Positions 19,077-28,562 of a stretch of 64,000 nt of DNA are shown piece by piece (within the stretch, counting starts at the first letter, position 1; each line of letters starts with the position of its first letter). A model generated the notes under the pieces. That model ran no database searches and had not been told where the DNA came from. It saw nothing but the letters and a program-made list of their open reading frames with translations. Source of the stretch: Candidatus Spongiisociaceae bacterium. GTDB lineage: Bacteria > Actinomycetota > Acidimicrobiia > Spongiisociales > Spongiisociaceae. The stretch is from the NCBI GenBank assembly GCA_965262915.1, contig OZ253564.1:4608001-4672000 (forward strand). The letters are read 5' to 3'. The position numbers were made by a program, and so were the translations under genes.

Positions 19077-19724
19077 TCAGCGGCCGAATCCCTGGAGGAT
19101 GATGTCGTTGATCTGATCGACCTTCTCGTTGAAGCTCGCGGCAGAGGCACGGAATTCGACCAACGCCGCCCGGCGTAGTTCACCGGTGTCGGGCGCTCTG
19201 AGTCCGGCCAGCACGTCCTCGGCCGCCGCGGCGACCGCAATTGCCGACTCAAGAGCGATGTCATGCGCTTCGGCCAGCCCGGGGATGATGTCGGGAGGAC
19301 GATGGATCTCCACTCCCTGGCTGAAGATGAGGGCCCGCTCGGAAATCGCCACCAACGCGACCTCCGTGTCCGAATAGGTAACGCCCGTCTCCTCCCGGTT
19401 GTCCCACTCCTCGTTGGTGGCGTTCATATCCGCCGCCACCTCGGCGAGGATCTTCTTGTCCTCGGCCAGATTGGTCAGGTACACCTCGATCTCGGGCGGT
19501 AGCAGGGTCGTGGTGGTGGTCTCCACCACTTCCTCCTCGTTCTCCTCGTCACCGTCCGGGCCGGTCGTGGGGGTAGCGCTCTCAGCAGTGGTGGTAGCCG
19601 GCGCCGTCTCTTCCACTTCCGGCAGGTCGAGACGGTTGACCCAGACCCACGTGAACACCACCATTCCCAGAACGACCAAGGGCAGAACCCAGCGCCCTGG
19701 CTTCGGATCGGGGTTTCGCATCAT
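19077..19724 (-). CDS. Hypothetical membrane-anchored protein
   Basis: N-terminal TM helix, Thr/Glu-rich linker, helical C-terminus; GC3-biased codons. Confidence 0.8.
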   Translation of the reverse strand: MMRNPDPKPGRWVLPLVVLGMVVFTWVWVNRLDLPEVEETAPATTTAESATPTTGPDGDEENEEEVVETTTTTLLPPEIEVYLTNLAEDKKILAEVAADMNATNEEWDNREETGVTYSDTEVALVAISERALIFSQGVEIHRPPDIIPGLAEAHDIALESAIAVAAAAEDVLAGLRAPDTGELRRAALVEFRASAASFNEKVDQINDIILQGFGR

Positions 19725-19808
19725 ACGAGGACAACGTTAGTAGGCCGAGACCAGATATCCCGCTCTTCATCGGCATTCGACCGTCAACCGCTGCCCGGAG
19801 GCCGAGTC

Positions 19809-19939
19809 GCCGTGTCCTGCTCGTCATCGATGGCCTTCGGTGCGTCCTGCCCGTTCAGCGTAGGGCCACCGCGACGAGCCTGCGAGGAAGGTCCCGGCCG
19901 GGACAATGCCTCACCGTCGTACCACGGACAGAACACTAG
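19809..19939 (-). mobile_element. MITE family A, old degenerate copy
   Basis: GCCGTGTCCTGCTCG...GCCTGCGAGGAAGG...CACGGACAGAACACTAG aligns with the reverse complement of the 31034 copy. Confidence 0.6.
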
Positions 19940-20016
19940 ACGGACCGCCCACCGTGCGCTATGTTGTCGAACGGCGTGATGTCCGGAGGAGACGGTGGAC
20001 ATGAAAGGGTTCCGCC

Positions 20017-20814
20017 GTGCCTAACGTTCCCCCATCTACCGAAGACCAGATCGGCGAGCACATACCCTGGGAACATCTGACGATCCCTCCCCAGCCTGAT
20101 CGCAAGCTCCTGATGTACGGCTTGGCCGCCGGGCTGATCGTGGCCGTCCTAGGGGTCGTGATCGTCCGGCAACTCAACCGCCCTTCACCCGCGGAGTTGC
20201 AGCCGGTAATCCCCGTCACAGCCCCCCAGGAAGCCGCCCCGACGCAACCGACTACGGCGGGAGTGGAGGACATCGTCCGGCAGCCCGCCGTCACGTTGGC
20301 GCTTGCCGAACCCGAAGCACCGGCGGAACTGTCCGAGGCCGATCTCATGGCGGTCGACACCGGCGGGCTACACCGGGAGATCGCCGGGACAGCCGAGTGG
20401 CTGGTGCTCGAGTTCTTCACCCTCGATCCCTCCGACCCGTGGCGGGACCGGGTGGAGGCCGCCTCGGGCCTCCGGCTGCCGTCCTCCCTGATACCCGAGA
20501 CTGCGGACGGCTCGGCGGTGTCCTACGTCGAATGGACCCGTACCCGGTCGGTGGACCAGACCGGCGAGGACACCTACCGGGCATCGGTTCTGATCCGTCG
20601 CCTGGTGGCATCGGACGGCGTGACCTACCGGCGCCTGCCTACGGAGTGGGTGAACGTGGATCTTCGCGTGGAATCGGACGGGAACGTGAGGGCGGTATCG
20701 CTCCCGCAGATAACCACCCCGGCGCCTGGCAACCTGATCCCACTGCAGGAATCCGACCTGACCTGGGCGACGGACGCAGCCGGAATCAACTGGCCGGTTA
20801 CGACCGGCCGGTGA
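20017..20814 (+). CDS. Hypothetical single-pass membrane protein
   Basis: One TM helix, Pro/Thr linker, globular C-terminal domain; no family recognised with confidence. Confidence 0.7.
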   Translation: MPNVPPSTEDQIGEHIPWEHLTIPPQPDRKLLMYGLAAGLIVAVLGVVIVRQLNRPSPAELQPVIPVTAPQEAAPTQPTTAGVEDIVRQPAVTLALAEPEAPAELSEADLMAVDTGGLHREIAGTAEWLVLEFFTLDPSDPWRDRVEAASGLRLPSSLIPETADGSAVSYVEWTRTRSVDQTGEDTYRASVLIRRLVASDGVTYRRLPTEWVNVDLRVESDGNVRAVSLPQITTPAPGNLIPLQESDLTWATDAAGINWPVTTGR

Positions 20815-20835
20815 CCGCCGGTATCGATGCGGCTA

Positions 20836-21096
20836 TCACCTGCCGGGGTAGTGACGCTCGAGAATCGACCCGGCAGTCATCGTGATATCCGACCAGTCGG
20901 CGTCCGGCCGCTTGGAGATCGTCACGAAGTCGGCGGTCATGAACACGCTCACGATCCCCTCGATCCCGAGCAGTTCGCCTGCTACCGGATCGTCGGCCGC
21001 GTTGGCGGCCACGTAACTCCTCGGGCCGCCTAGAGCGACCCCGACGCTGAACTTGAGGGCATTGGGGTTGGGGGTTGACTGGTGCGTGATGGGCAT
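20836..21096 (-). CDS. NifU N-terminal (Nfu_N scaffold) domain protein
   Basis: STPNPNALKF...LLGIEGIVSVFMTADFVTISK...W; RBS AGGAGG before ATG at 21096. Confidence 0.88.
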   Translation of the reverse strand: MPITHQSTPNPNALKFSVGVALGGPRSYVAANAADDPVAGELLGIEGIVSVFMTADFVTISKRPDADWSDITMTAGSILERHYPGR

Positions 21097-21107
21097 GAGA
21101 CCTCCTA

Positions 21108-21183
21108 GTGGTCTCTCAAAATAACTTGGCGTGCTCTGTTTGCCATCGTCGTATACCACGCAGCCATTTCACAGACAGACCAC
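21108..21183 (-). mobile_element. MITE family A, short copy
   Basis: CTA-GTGGTCTCTCAAAATAACTTGGCGTGCTCTGTTTGCC ... GCCATTTCACAGACAGACCAC. Confidence 0.75.
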
Positions 21184-21243
21184 GAGCGCGTATGGTAACC
21201 GCCTGCCTGATCGGCCCTGTGCTGCGAGTAGCATTCCGGGATC

Positions 21244-22668
21244 ATGGCAACAACACTTGAAGCGGAACTGCGCGAGCAACTCGGTGACGACAACGTATTG
21301 TCGCATCCGCTCGATCTTTACGTATTCGGAAAGGACGCGGGCCTGACACGCGGCGAGCCGAGCCTCGTTGCCTTCCCCCAGGAAACGAAGGATGTCGCCA
21401 CCATGGTGCGCCTCGCCGGCCGGTACGATCTGCCGGTGATCCCTCGCGGATCGGGAACCGGTCTGGCCGGAGGGGCGGTGGCGACCGGACCGGCGCTGCT
21501 GCTGGTAACCACCCGAATGAACCGGATCGGGGAAGTCAACGTCGAAAACCGTACCGCGTGGGTGCAGCCCGGGGTGATCAACCTCGACCTCAGCATTCAC
21601 ACTTCTCCCCTCGGGCTCTATTTCGCACCCGATCCCTCCTCGCAGTCGGCCTGCACCATCGGCGGCAACGTGGGCAACAACTCCGGCGGCCTGCACTGCT
21701 TGGCGGAGGGCACCACCGTGAACCACGTTCTCGCCTTGGAGGTGGTGACACCCGACGGCGACGTGATACTGCTGGGCGGCGAGGCGCCCGATCCGATAGG
21801 CCTCGACCTCCGGGGAGTGATGGTGGGCTCGGAAGGAACGCTGGGGATCGTGACCAACATCCTCGTCAAGCTCACCCCCAACCCTCCCGCCGTTCGCACC
21901 ATCCTCCTGGCCTTCGCAGATCTGGAACAGGGAGCCGCCACGGTCTCGGGGATAATCGCCAACGGTCTCATCCCCGGTGCGCTCGAGATGATGGACCAGC
22001 CGATGACCCAGGCCGTGGAGCGTTTCGCCCATGCAGGTTTTCCCACCGACGCGGGAGCGCTGCTGATCGCCGAGGTGTCCGGCCACCCCTCGGCGGTGGA
22101 CGCCGAAGCCGAACTCATATGCAGGATCGCGCAGAGCCAGGAAGCGACGTTGATCCATGTGGCGGCCGAGGAGTCGGAGCGCAATCGCATCTGGCTGGGC
22201 CGCAAATCGGCCTTCGGGGCCGTCGCCCAGATGACCCCCGACTACTACCTGCACGACACGGTGGTTCCGCGGACCCGATTGGTGGAGACCGTCCGGCAGT
22301 TGTACGTGATATCGGAGCGCCACGACATACCCATCCTGAACGTGTTCCACGCCGGTGACGGGAACCTCCACCCCCTCATGGCCTTCGACGCCGGGCTGCC
22401 GGGGGTCCTCGATCGGGTGCATGCGGCGGGCAGCGACCTGATCAAGGTGTGCGTGGGGGTAGGAGGATCGCTCTCCGGTGAGCACGGGATCGGCTTGGAG
22501 AAACGCGACTTCATGCCCCTGGTGTTCAACGATGCGGACCTCGACGCCCAGGCCCGGGTCAGGGATGCCTTCGACCCTGACGGACGTCTCAACCCGGGCA
22601 AGATCCTTCCCGAAGGTTCGCGCTGCTTCGACTTCGGTCGGCCGCCACCGGTGGGTGCGTGGGTGTGA
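21244..22668 (+). CDS. glcD: Glycolate oxidase-type FAD-linked subunit
   Basis: PRGSGTGLAGG, APDPSSQSACTIGGNV, GSEGTLG, FHAGDGNLHP, SGEHGIGLEK, LNPGK. Confidence 0.9.
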   Translation: MATTLEAELREQLGDDNVLSHPLDLYVFGKDAGLTRGEPSLVAFPQETKDVATMVRLAGRYDLPVIPRGSGTGLAGGAVATGPALLLVTTRMNRIGEVNVENRTAWVQPGVINLDLSIHTSPLGLYFAPDPSSQSACTIGGNVGNNSGGLHCLAEGTTVNHVLALEVVTPDGDVILLGGEAPDPIGLDLRGVMVGSEGTLGIVTNILVKLTPNPPAVRTILLAFADLEQGAATVSGIIANGLIPGALEMMDQPMTQAVERFAHAGFPTDAGALLIAEVSGHPSAVDAEAELICRIAQSQEATLIHVAAEESERNRIWLGRKSAFGAVAQMTPDYYLHDTVVPRTRLVETVRQLYVISERHDIPILNVFHAGDGNLHPLMAFDAGLPGVLDRVHAAGSDLIKVCVGVGGSLSGEHGIGLEKRDFMPLVFNDADLDAQARVRDAFDPDGRLNPGKILPEGSRCFDFGRPPPVGAWV

Positions 22669-23750
22669 GCGGAACCGCGGTACCACCGGAAACCCTCCCC
22701 GCGGTTCCGACGGTAGCGCCGGACTCGATCGGGGAGGCAGCAACCCTCCTGGCGGACCTGCCGGCCGGCGGAACCCGGGTCCGTATCCGGGGAGGAGGTA
22801 CCCGCCTCGGGCTCGGCTACCCGTTCGAGCCCGACCTGATCCTCTCGACGGCCCACCTCGACCGGATCGTGGCCTGGGAGCCCGATGACCTGACCGTGGT
22901 GGTGGAAGCCGGCGTTACGGTCGAGGAGTTGGAGGAGACCCTGGCCGCAAAGGGCCAGACCGCCCTGCTGCACGAGCGCCCGGGCAAGGGAACGGTGGGT
23001 GGTGCCCTCGCCACGGCGACCTCGGGATGGCGCCGTTACCGGTTCGGTCCCTTGCGCGATCGGGTACTCGAGGCCACCCTGGTGTCGAGCGACGGGCGGG
23101 TGGTCACGGCGGGCGGGCGTCTCGTCAAGAACGTCACCGGTTACGACATCCCCCGCCTGGCAACCGGATCTCTCGGCGCGCTGGGACTCATCGCACGGGT
23201 CTGCCTCAAGCTGTGGCCCCATCCGGCGGCCTCGGCGACGGTGGTGGTGGACTCGGCCGAAGAGGCCATCGTCCGCGCCTACCGGCCGCTGGCGGTGCTG
23301 GAGACCCCCGAGCGAACCGCCGTGTACCTGGGAGGCACGCCCGAAGAGATCGAAGGGCAGGCCGCGTCGCTGGGGGGAACACCCATCGACGGGCTCGACT
23401 GGCCCGACCCACCCAACGGACAGGTCCGCTTCTCGGTGAGGGTACCGCCCTCGTTTCTCCGGTCCATCGTCCGGCACCTCGACCGGGGATGGCAGTACGT
23501 GGCCCAGTTCGGGGTGGGGGAGGTCACGGTCGGAGCGGAACGGGCGGGTACCGACGTACTCGAGGACCTCAGGGCCGAGGCGGAATCGGCCGGCGGCGCC
23601 CTGGTCGTCCTCGACGCCCCGGACGACCTGCGGCGGGACTTCGATCCGTGGGGTACGCCACCGGACTCCGTACCGATCCAGAGGCGGCTGGTCGCTCTGT
23701 TCGATCCGGGCCGCGTGATCAATCCCGGCATACTCCCCGGAGGAATCTGA
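22665..23750 (+). CDS. glcE: Glycolate oxidase-type FAD-binding subunit
   Basis: EPDDLTVVVEAG, GTVGG, GGRLVKNVTGYD, GSLGALG, FDP..INPG. Confidence 0.88.
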   Translation: MSGTAVPPETLPAVPTVAPDSIGEAATLLADLPAGGTRVRIRGGGTRLGLGYPFEPDLILSTAHLDRIVAWEPDDLTVVVEAGVTVEELEETLAAKGQTALLHERPGKGTVGGALATATSGWRRYRFGPLRDRVLEATLVSSDGRVVTAGGRLVKNVTGYDIPRLATGSLGALGLIARVCLKLWPHPAASATVVVDSAEEAIVRAYRPLAVLETPERTAVYLGGTPEEIEGQAASLGGTPIDGLDWPDPPNGQVRFSVRVPPSFLRSIVRHLDRGWQYVAQFGVGEVTVGAERAGTDVLEDLRAEAESAGGALVVLDAPDDLRRDFDPWGTPPDSVPIQRRLVALFDPGRVINPGILPGGI

Positions 23751-24998
23751 GTGGGCTGGGTAACGGAACACGCCCCCCATCCCGACGATCTCGCATCATG
23801 CGTGCAGTGCGGCCTGTGCCTGCCCAGCTGCCCCACCTTCCGCCTCACCGGCCTGGAGACCGCCTCCCCGCGGGGCCGGCTCACGGCCATGTCGGCGGTG
23901 GCGGCCGGCCGGCCCGTCGACCGTCGCTTCGCCGAGATCATGGGCGCCTGCCTGCAGTGCCGGGCCTGCGAGGTGGTATGCCCCGCTTTCGTTCCCTTCG
24001 GCAAGGCCATGGAGGGGGCGAGAGCCGAGGTAGCGGCGCAGCTACCCGGCTCGGGACGCCGCCTGAGGCGGCTGGTGACCGCCCGCCTGCTGAGGAACCG
24101 ACCGGCGCTCCGCCTGGCAACGAGCCTCGTGACCCTGGCCCAGATCCTCCGGATGAAGAACCTGGTGCCCCGGCAGATGCGGGGGGCCCTCACCGGACTC
24201 CGGCCTCTCTCCGGCCGGCCCCGCTCGGTGGTCGGTACGACCTGGCCGGCCGTCGGGGAGGCACGGGGCGTAGCCGCTCTGGTGGCCGGGTGCGTGATGG
24301 ACCAATGGTTCGGTGACGTGCACGCGGCAACCATCCACCTGCTCACCAGGTCAGGCTACGACGTGGTGGTTCCGCCGGCCCAGACCTGCTGCGGCGCGCT
24401 GGCCGCCCACGACGGCTGGGCGGACGACGCGCGGGACATGGCGGCAGTCAACGTGGCCGCACTGGACGGCGCCGACCTGGTCGTGGTGAATGCGGCGGGT
24501 TGCAGCGCCCATATGAAGGAGTACGGCCACTGGGCCGAGGACGGCGCCGGGCTGGCCGCCAAGGTGGTGGACATGACCGAGGTGCTGGCCGGCGCCATCG
24601 CCGACGGGCGCCTTCCCCGAATGGCGAGAGGTGGGCAGGCCGTAGCCGTGCAGGATCCGTGCCATCTCCGCCACGTCCAGCGGATAACCGACCAGCCGCG
24701 AGAGATCCTGGCGGCCGCCGGCCTCCGTACCGTCGAGATCGATCCGGCGGGCCAGTGCTGCGGGGCGGCCGGTATATACAGCCTCCTGGAGCCGGACCTG
24801 TCCGCACAGCTCGGGGAAGCCAAGGCGGAGCAGATCCGCGCCACGGGTTCGACGACGGTGTCCACCGCCAATCCCGGATGCGAGATCCAGCTACGCACCC
24901 ACCTGGCCAATCTGGGGGTCGTGGCACGGGTCGCCCACCCCGTGGAGCTCTACTGGGAAGCGCTCCGGAGCGCCGCCAGAGAACCCGCCGGGAGATGA
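23751..24998 (+). CDS. glcF: Glycolate oxidase-type Fe-S subunit
   Basis: CVQCGLCLPSCPT, CLQCRACEVVCP, two CCG domains, QDPCHL, ANPGC. Confidence 0.9.
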   Translation: MGWVTEHAPHPDDLASCVQCGLCLPSCPTFRLTGLETASPRGRLTAMSAVAAGRPVDRRFAEIMGACLQCRACEVVCPAFVPFGKAMEGARAEVAAQLPGSGRRLRRLVTARLLRNRPALRLATSLVTLAQILRMKNLVPRQMRGALTGLRPLSGRPRSVVGTTWPAVGEARGVAALVAGCVMDQWFGDVHAATIHLLTRSGYDVVVPPAQTCCGALAAHDGWADDARDMAAVNVAALDGADLVVVNAAGCSAHMKEYGHWAEDGAGLAAKVVDMTEVLAGAIADGRLPRMARGGQAVAVQDPCHLRHVQRITDQPREILAAAGLRTVEIDPAGQCCGAAGIYSLLEPDLSAQLGEAKAEQIRATGSTTVSTANPGCEIQLRTHLANLGVVARVAHPVELYWEALRSAAREPAGR

Positions 24999-25044
24999 AG
25001 GTCGACGGATCGTCCTCCACGACCATCACATTCGGGCAGGCGCC

Positions 25045-25707
25045 GTGACCGCATACCGACCGCCGGACCGGGAGCGTTGGCGACCGGAGTTGTTGCTCCC
25101 CGCCGTGCTGCGACCCGGAACCGAGCCGTGGCGCTGGGTAGCCATCTGCGTGAGGTCGGTTCGGGTGGTGGTGGGAGTCGGCCTGGCCGTGATCGGGACT
25201 GGACTGGTCGGCATGGGAATCGCCCTCTGCCTCCACGGGCTCGGCATTCTCCGGCTCGGCATCTCCCAACCGGATGTCGAAGCCCTCGCCGTGGGACTGG
25301 CCGTGGCGATGATCGGTGGAGCGATCCTGGGTCTGGCAGTCGAGGGCGGCCTTCGCTCTCCGAGCGTGTGCCCGGATGCAGCCCCCTGGGAGATCATGGT
25401 CACCTGGGTCCCCGCCCTCCTGATCGCCCTGTGGGTGGTCGAGAGGCTCGAAGGTCTGGCAACCCGTCTCCTGCCCCGCTTCTCGGACCTCTTCGATCTG
25501 GTACCCCTCTACGTGGACCAGGTGGGCAACCGGGGCTTGCTCGCCGGGCTGGCCGGCCTACCGCTGGTCTGGGTAGCTCTCCAGTTCGGAGCGCCCCGCT
25601 ACCGCTTCGTCGGCGAGAACTCCCCCGCGCTGCTCTACGCTGCCTGGATGGCCCTCGTGATCGTGGCCTACCGAAGCTCCGGAACGGGTATAGCCCTGCT
25701 CCTTTGA
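25045..25707 (+). CDS. Hypothetical multi-pass membrane protein
   Basis: About five hydrophobic segments; same strand as, and downstream of, glcF. Confidence 0.7.
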   Translation: MTAYRPPDRERWRPELLLPAVLRPGTEPWRWVAICVRSVRVVVGVGLAVIGTGLVGMGIALCLHGLGILRLGISQPDVEALAVGLAVAMIGGAILGLAVEGGLRSPSVCPDAAPWEIMVTWVPALLIALWVVERLEGLATRLLPRFSDLFDLVPLYVDQVGNRGLLAGLAGLPLVWVALQFGAPRYRFVGENSPALLYAAWMALVIVAYRSSGTGIALLL

Positions 25708-25820
25708 GATCGGATCTACCGATTCCAGGATCGAGACCGGTCAGTTCGAAGGGCGGCGCCGGGGACCGGCAACCAAGGTATCCCGATCATCAGGAGCATC
25801 ATCCGGTGTGATAGCATCAG

Positions 25821-26261
25821 ATGGTGCGACGCGTAACGGTCACCATTCCCGACGATCTCGAGGGTGATCTCGAACGGTTCCTCCAAGCCCAGGCTCTTCG
25901 CCCGTCGGTTGCGGCGCTCCTGCGAGCGGCACTCCGGCAGTACATCTCCGGAGCGAATACAAGTCCAAACCCACCCATCCTGCCGCGGATACTCGCGAAT
26001 CGGGAGAAGATCAGGGAGTTGGCGACAAACCGTCGCGTCGAGCGAATCCGGGTTTTCGGATCGGTAGCGCGAGGGGAGGACACCAACGACAGCGACATCG
26101 ACTTCCTGGTTTCGCCCAAGACCGACTGTGGCTTGTTCAACCTCGGGGGTCTCCAAGTTGAACTTGAAGAACTCCTGGGTGTCGATGTCGACGTAGTGTC
26201 CGATCGCTCCGTGCCCTCCGAAGTCCGTGACGAACTGGAGGCGGAGGCAATTCCACTGTGA
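25821..26261 (+). CDS. MNT nucleotidyltransferase antitoxin with N-terminal ribbon-helix-helix domain
   Basis: RRVTVTIPDDL..(RHH) followed by VFGSVARGE...SDIDFLV...LLGVDVDVV. Confidence 0.88.
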   Translation: MVRRVTVTIPDDLEGDLERFLQAQALRPSVAALLRAALRQYISGANTSPNPPILPRILANREKIRELATNRRVERIRVFGSVARGEDTNDSDIDFLVSPKTDCGLFNLGGLQVELEELLGVDVDVVSDRSVPSEVRDELEAEAIPL

Positions 26262-26611
26262 CCCGCTCTGACCGTCACCGCCTCTGCGATATGGCGGCTC
26301 ATATTCGAGATATCCACTCGCACACAGCCAACGGCTGGGACTCGTTCAGAACTGACCGCGCCGCTCAGCAGGCCGTGATGCATTGCTTGGTCGTGATCGG
26401 CGAGTGTGCTTCGCAAATGACACCAGGGGCTGCCGCGCACATCTCATCCCTCACTGTCACCGAGGCAAAAGGGTTACGAAACATCATCGTGCACGAGTAT
26501 TGGAGGATCGACTCAGGTGATGTGTGGACAACTGTAACCCGCGATCTTCCGCGTTTAGCCGATGATATCCGACGCGTTCTGGACGGTATGGACCGCTCGC
26601 TCGACCTCTGA
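26258..26611 (+). CDS. HEPN/DUF86 ribonuclease toxin
   Basis: VIGE..., RNIIVHEY (RX4HXY) motif; GTGA overlap with the MNT gene. Confidence 0.9.
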   Translation: MTRSDRHRLCDMAAHIRDIHSHTANGWDSFRTDRAAQQAVMHCLVVIGECASQMTPGAAAHISSLTVTEAKGLRNIIVHEYWRIDSGDVWTTVTRDLPRLADDIRRVLDGMDRSLDL

Positions 26612-26664
26612 AGCTGACCCACGATGTGTTCCGTGGGCGAGGAGAAGCAGTTCCGGTAAACCCG

Positions 26665-28428
26665 CTACATACGGTCCGGAACTCCGATGCCTAACAGGTC
26701 CAAGAGCAGTTCAAGGGTGCGCCGCGTGGTACGAACCAGCCTCAACCATGAGGCCCTCCTGCCGGAATCGGGCTCGGTCAGGATATGGCATGTCTCGTAG
26801 AACCGGCTGAAATCGGAAGCCACCTCGTAGGCGTACTCCGCCAGGTGGTTGGGAGCGCGCAACTCGGCGGCCCGTCCGATGACTTCCGGTAGTTGCAGCA
26901 TCCGCAACATCAGGCGGCGTTCCACCTCGACACGTGGGGGTAAGGCGGGGCCGGGAGCGAACCCTCGGTCCGCCGCCTTGTCCAGGATCGAGCCCATGCG
27001 TACCGCGGCCATCTGCAGATAGGGACCGGTCTTACCCTCCAGGGAGGTGAACCGGCGGAGGTCGAACATGTAGTTGGACGTGCGGTTGTTGATCAGGTCA
27101 CCGAACTTGAGGGCTGAGATCCCCACCTGGCGGGCGATGGTCGACTTCTCGAACTCTGTATAGCCGGCTGCCAGGTCGGACTCCTCCAGCCGGGTGGCGG
27201 CCGCCTCGGTGACCATCCCGATCAGGTCCTGCAGCCTCAATACCCCTCCGGCGCGGGTCTTGAAGGGCGTCCCGTCGCGTGCGTTCATGGTCCCGAAGCG
27301 GATGTGCTCCATGACCGCTTCCCCGGCGGCCCCGGTCCGGCGGGCGGCCCGGAAAACCTGCTCGAAGTGGTAGGCCTGGCGAGCATCCACCACGTAGAGG
27401 ATGAGGTCGGCGTCCAACTCGGCGACCCGCATCCCGATGGTGGCCAGGTCCGTGGTCCCGTAGAGGAATGCGCCATGGGAGGTCTCGAGAATCAGGGGGC
27501 TGATCTCGGTCCTGTCACCCGGTTCGGCGACCTCGACCACCATCGCCCCCTCCGAGCGCACCGCCACTCCCCGATCCAGGGCATCGTCGACCATCGGCCG
27601 CAGCAGATGGCGGACCGTGCTCTCCCCGTACCAGAGATCGAACTCCACCCCCAGCTCGGCGAAGTCCCGCTCCTGGGACTCCCGTGACACACGGACGAAG
27701 TGCTCCCACAGTGCCTCGTATCCCGTCCGGCCCGACTGGAGGTCCCGCGTAGCCCGACGCGCCTCGCGGGCCACCTCCTCGTCTCTTCCGACCCGGGCCG
27801 CGATGGATGGATACCATTCCTGGAGGTCGGCCAGGGTGATCGGCGGTGTCTCCGAATATGGGCCTTCCATGCCCTCGTCGAAATGAGGAAGGCCCGCAAG
27901 ATGCTCCCGGGCTGCCACGATGAGCATCCCCATCTGCAGCCCCCAGTCCCCGAAGTGCGCATCCCCCAGCACCCGGTGCCCGGCGAAGCGGAACAGCCGC
28001 TTGAGGCTGTCCCCGATGATGGTTGCCCGCAGGTGCCCCACATGCATGGCCTTGGCAACATTGGGACCGGCATAGTCAACGATCACGTCGAGTGGCTCGG
28101 AGGCCATCTGGACCCCCAGTCTCGAGTCATCAGCCATCTCGGAGACGTACCGAGCAATCGCCTCGTCAGTAACCGTGAGGTTGATGAATCCGGGCCCGGC
28201 CAGCGAACTCTCGCCCAACCGGGAATCCCTAGCGACCTCCTTGACCACCGAAGCCGCGATCTCCCGCGGGCTACGGCGGGCCTGGCGGGCAGCCGCCAAC
28301 GCCCCGTTGCACTGGAACTGGCCCAGATCGGGACGGTTGGACACAACCACCGCTCCGTACGCGGGGTCGAGGCCGATGGATTCGAAGCCGCGCCCGACGA
28401 GGCAACTCAGGTCTGAGAGAACGCCCAT
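26665..28428 (-). CDS. argS: Arginine--tRNA ligase
   Basis: PNVAKAMHVGHLRATIIGD, HFGDWG, FKTRAG, EGKTGPYLQ; start ATG at 28428. Confidence 0.96.
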   Translation of the reverse strand: MGVLSDLSCLVGRGFESIGLDPAYGAVVVSNRPDLGQFQCNGALAAARQARRSPREIAASVVKEVARDSRLGESSLAGPGFINLTVTDEAIARYVSEMADDSRLGVQMASEPLDVIVDYAGPNVAKAMHVGHLRATIIGDSLKRLFRFAGHRVLGDAHFGDWGLQMGMLIVAAREHLAGLPHFDEGMEGPYSETPPITLADLQEWYPSIAARVGRDEEVAREARRATRDLQSGRTGYEALWEHFVRVSRESQERDFAELGVEFDLWYGESTVRHLLRPMVDDALDRGVAVRSEGAMVVEVAEPGDRTEISPLILETSHGAFLYGTTDLATIGMRVAELDADLILYVVDARQAYHFEQVFRAARRTGAAGEAVMEHIRFGTMNARDGTPFKTRAGGVLRLQDLIGMVTEAAATRLEESDLAAGYTEFEKSTIARQVGISALKFGDLINNRTSNYMFDLRRFTSLEGKTGPYLQMAAVRMGSILDKAADRGFAPGPALPPRVEVERRLMLRMLQLPEVIGRAAELRAPNHLAEYAYEVASDFSRFYETCHILTEPDSGRRASWLRLVRTTRRTLELLLDLLGIGVPDRM

Positions 28429-28444
28429 GTGAGTTGGAGAGGAT

Positions 28445-28472
28445 AGTGGCCAGTGGCCGGTGGCCAGTGGGG
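28445..28472. repeat. Heptamer tandem repeat (AGTGGCC)n
   Basis: AGTGGCC AGTGGCC GGTGGCC AGTGGGG. Confidence 0.7.
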
Positions 28473-28562
28473 TGACCGTGTAGCGTCGCATGTGCCTCAA
28501 GCCCCTTGCCGCTGCAGGTGGCCGGGGAGCATTAGGCTTCTGCCAATCCCACCCAAAGCGCA

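Noticed and set aside
20017-20814. Possible TcpC-like conjugation protein
   Set aside because: Only a vague resemblance and no other conjugation genes nearby
23740-23760. glcE TGA immediately followed in frame by glcF (possible Sec read-through fusion)
   Set aside because: GlcE ends at its usual NPG..GGI terminus, glcF has its own GGAGG RBS and GTG start, and the position is not a Cys-equivalent site
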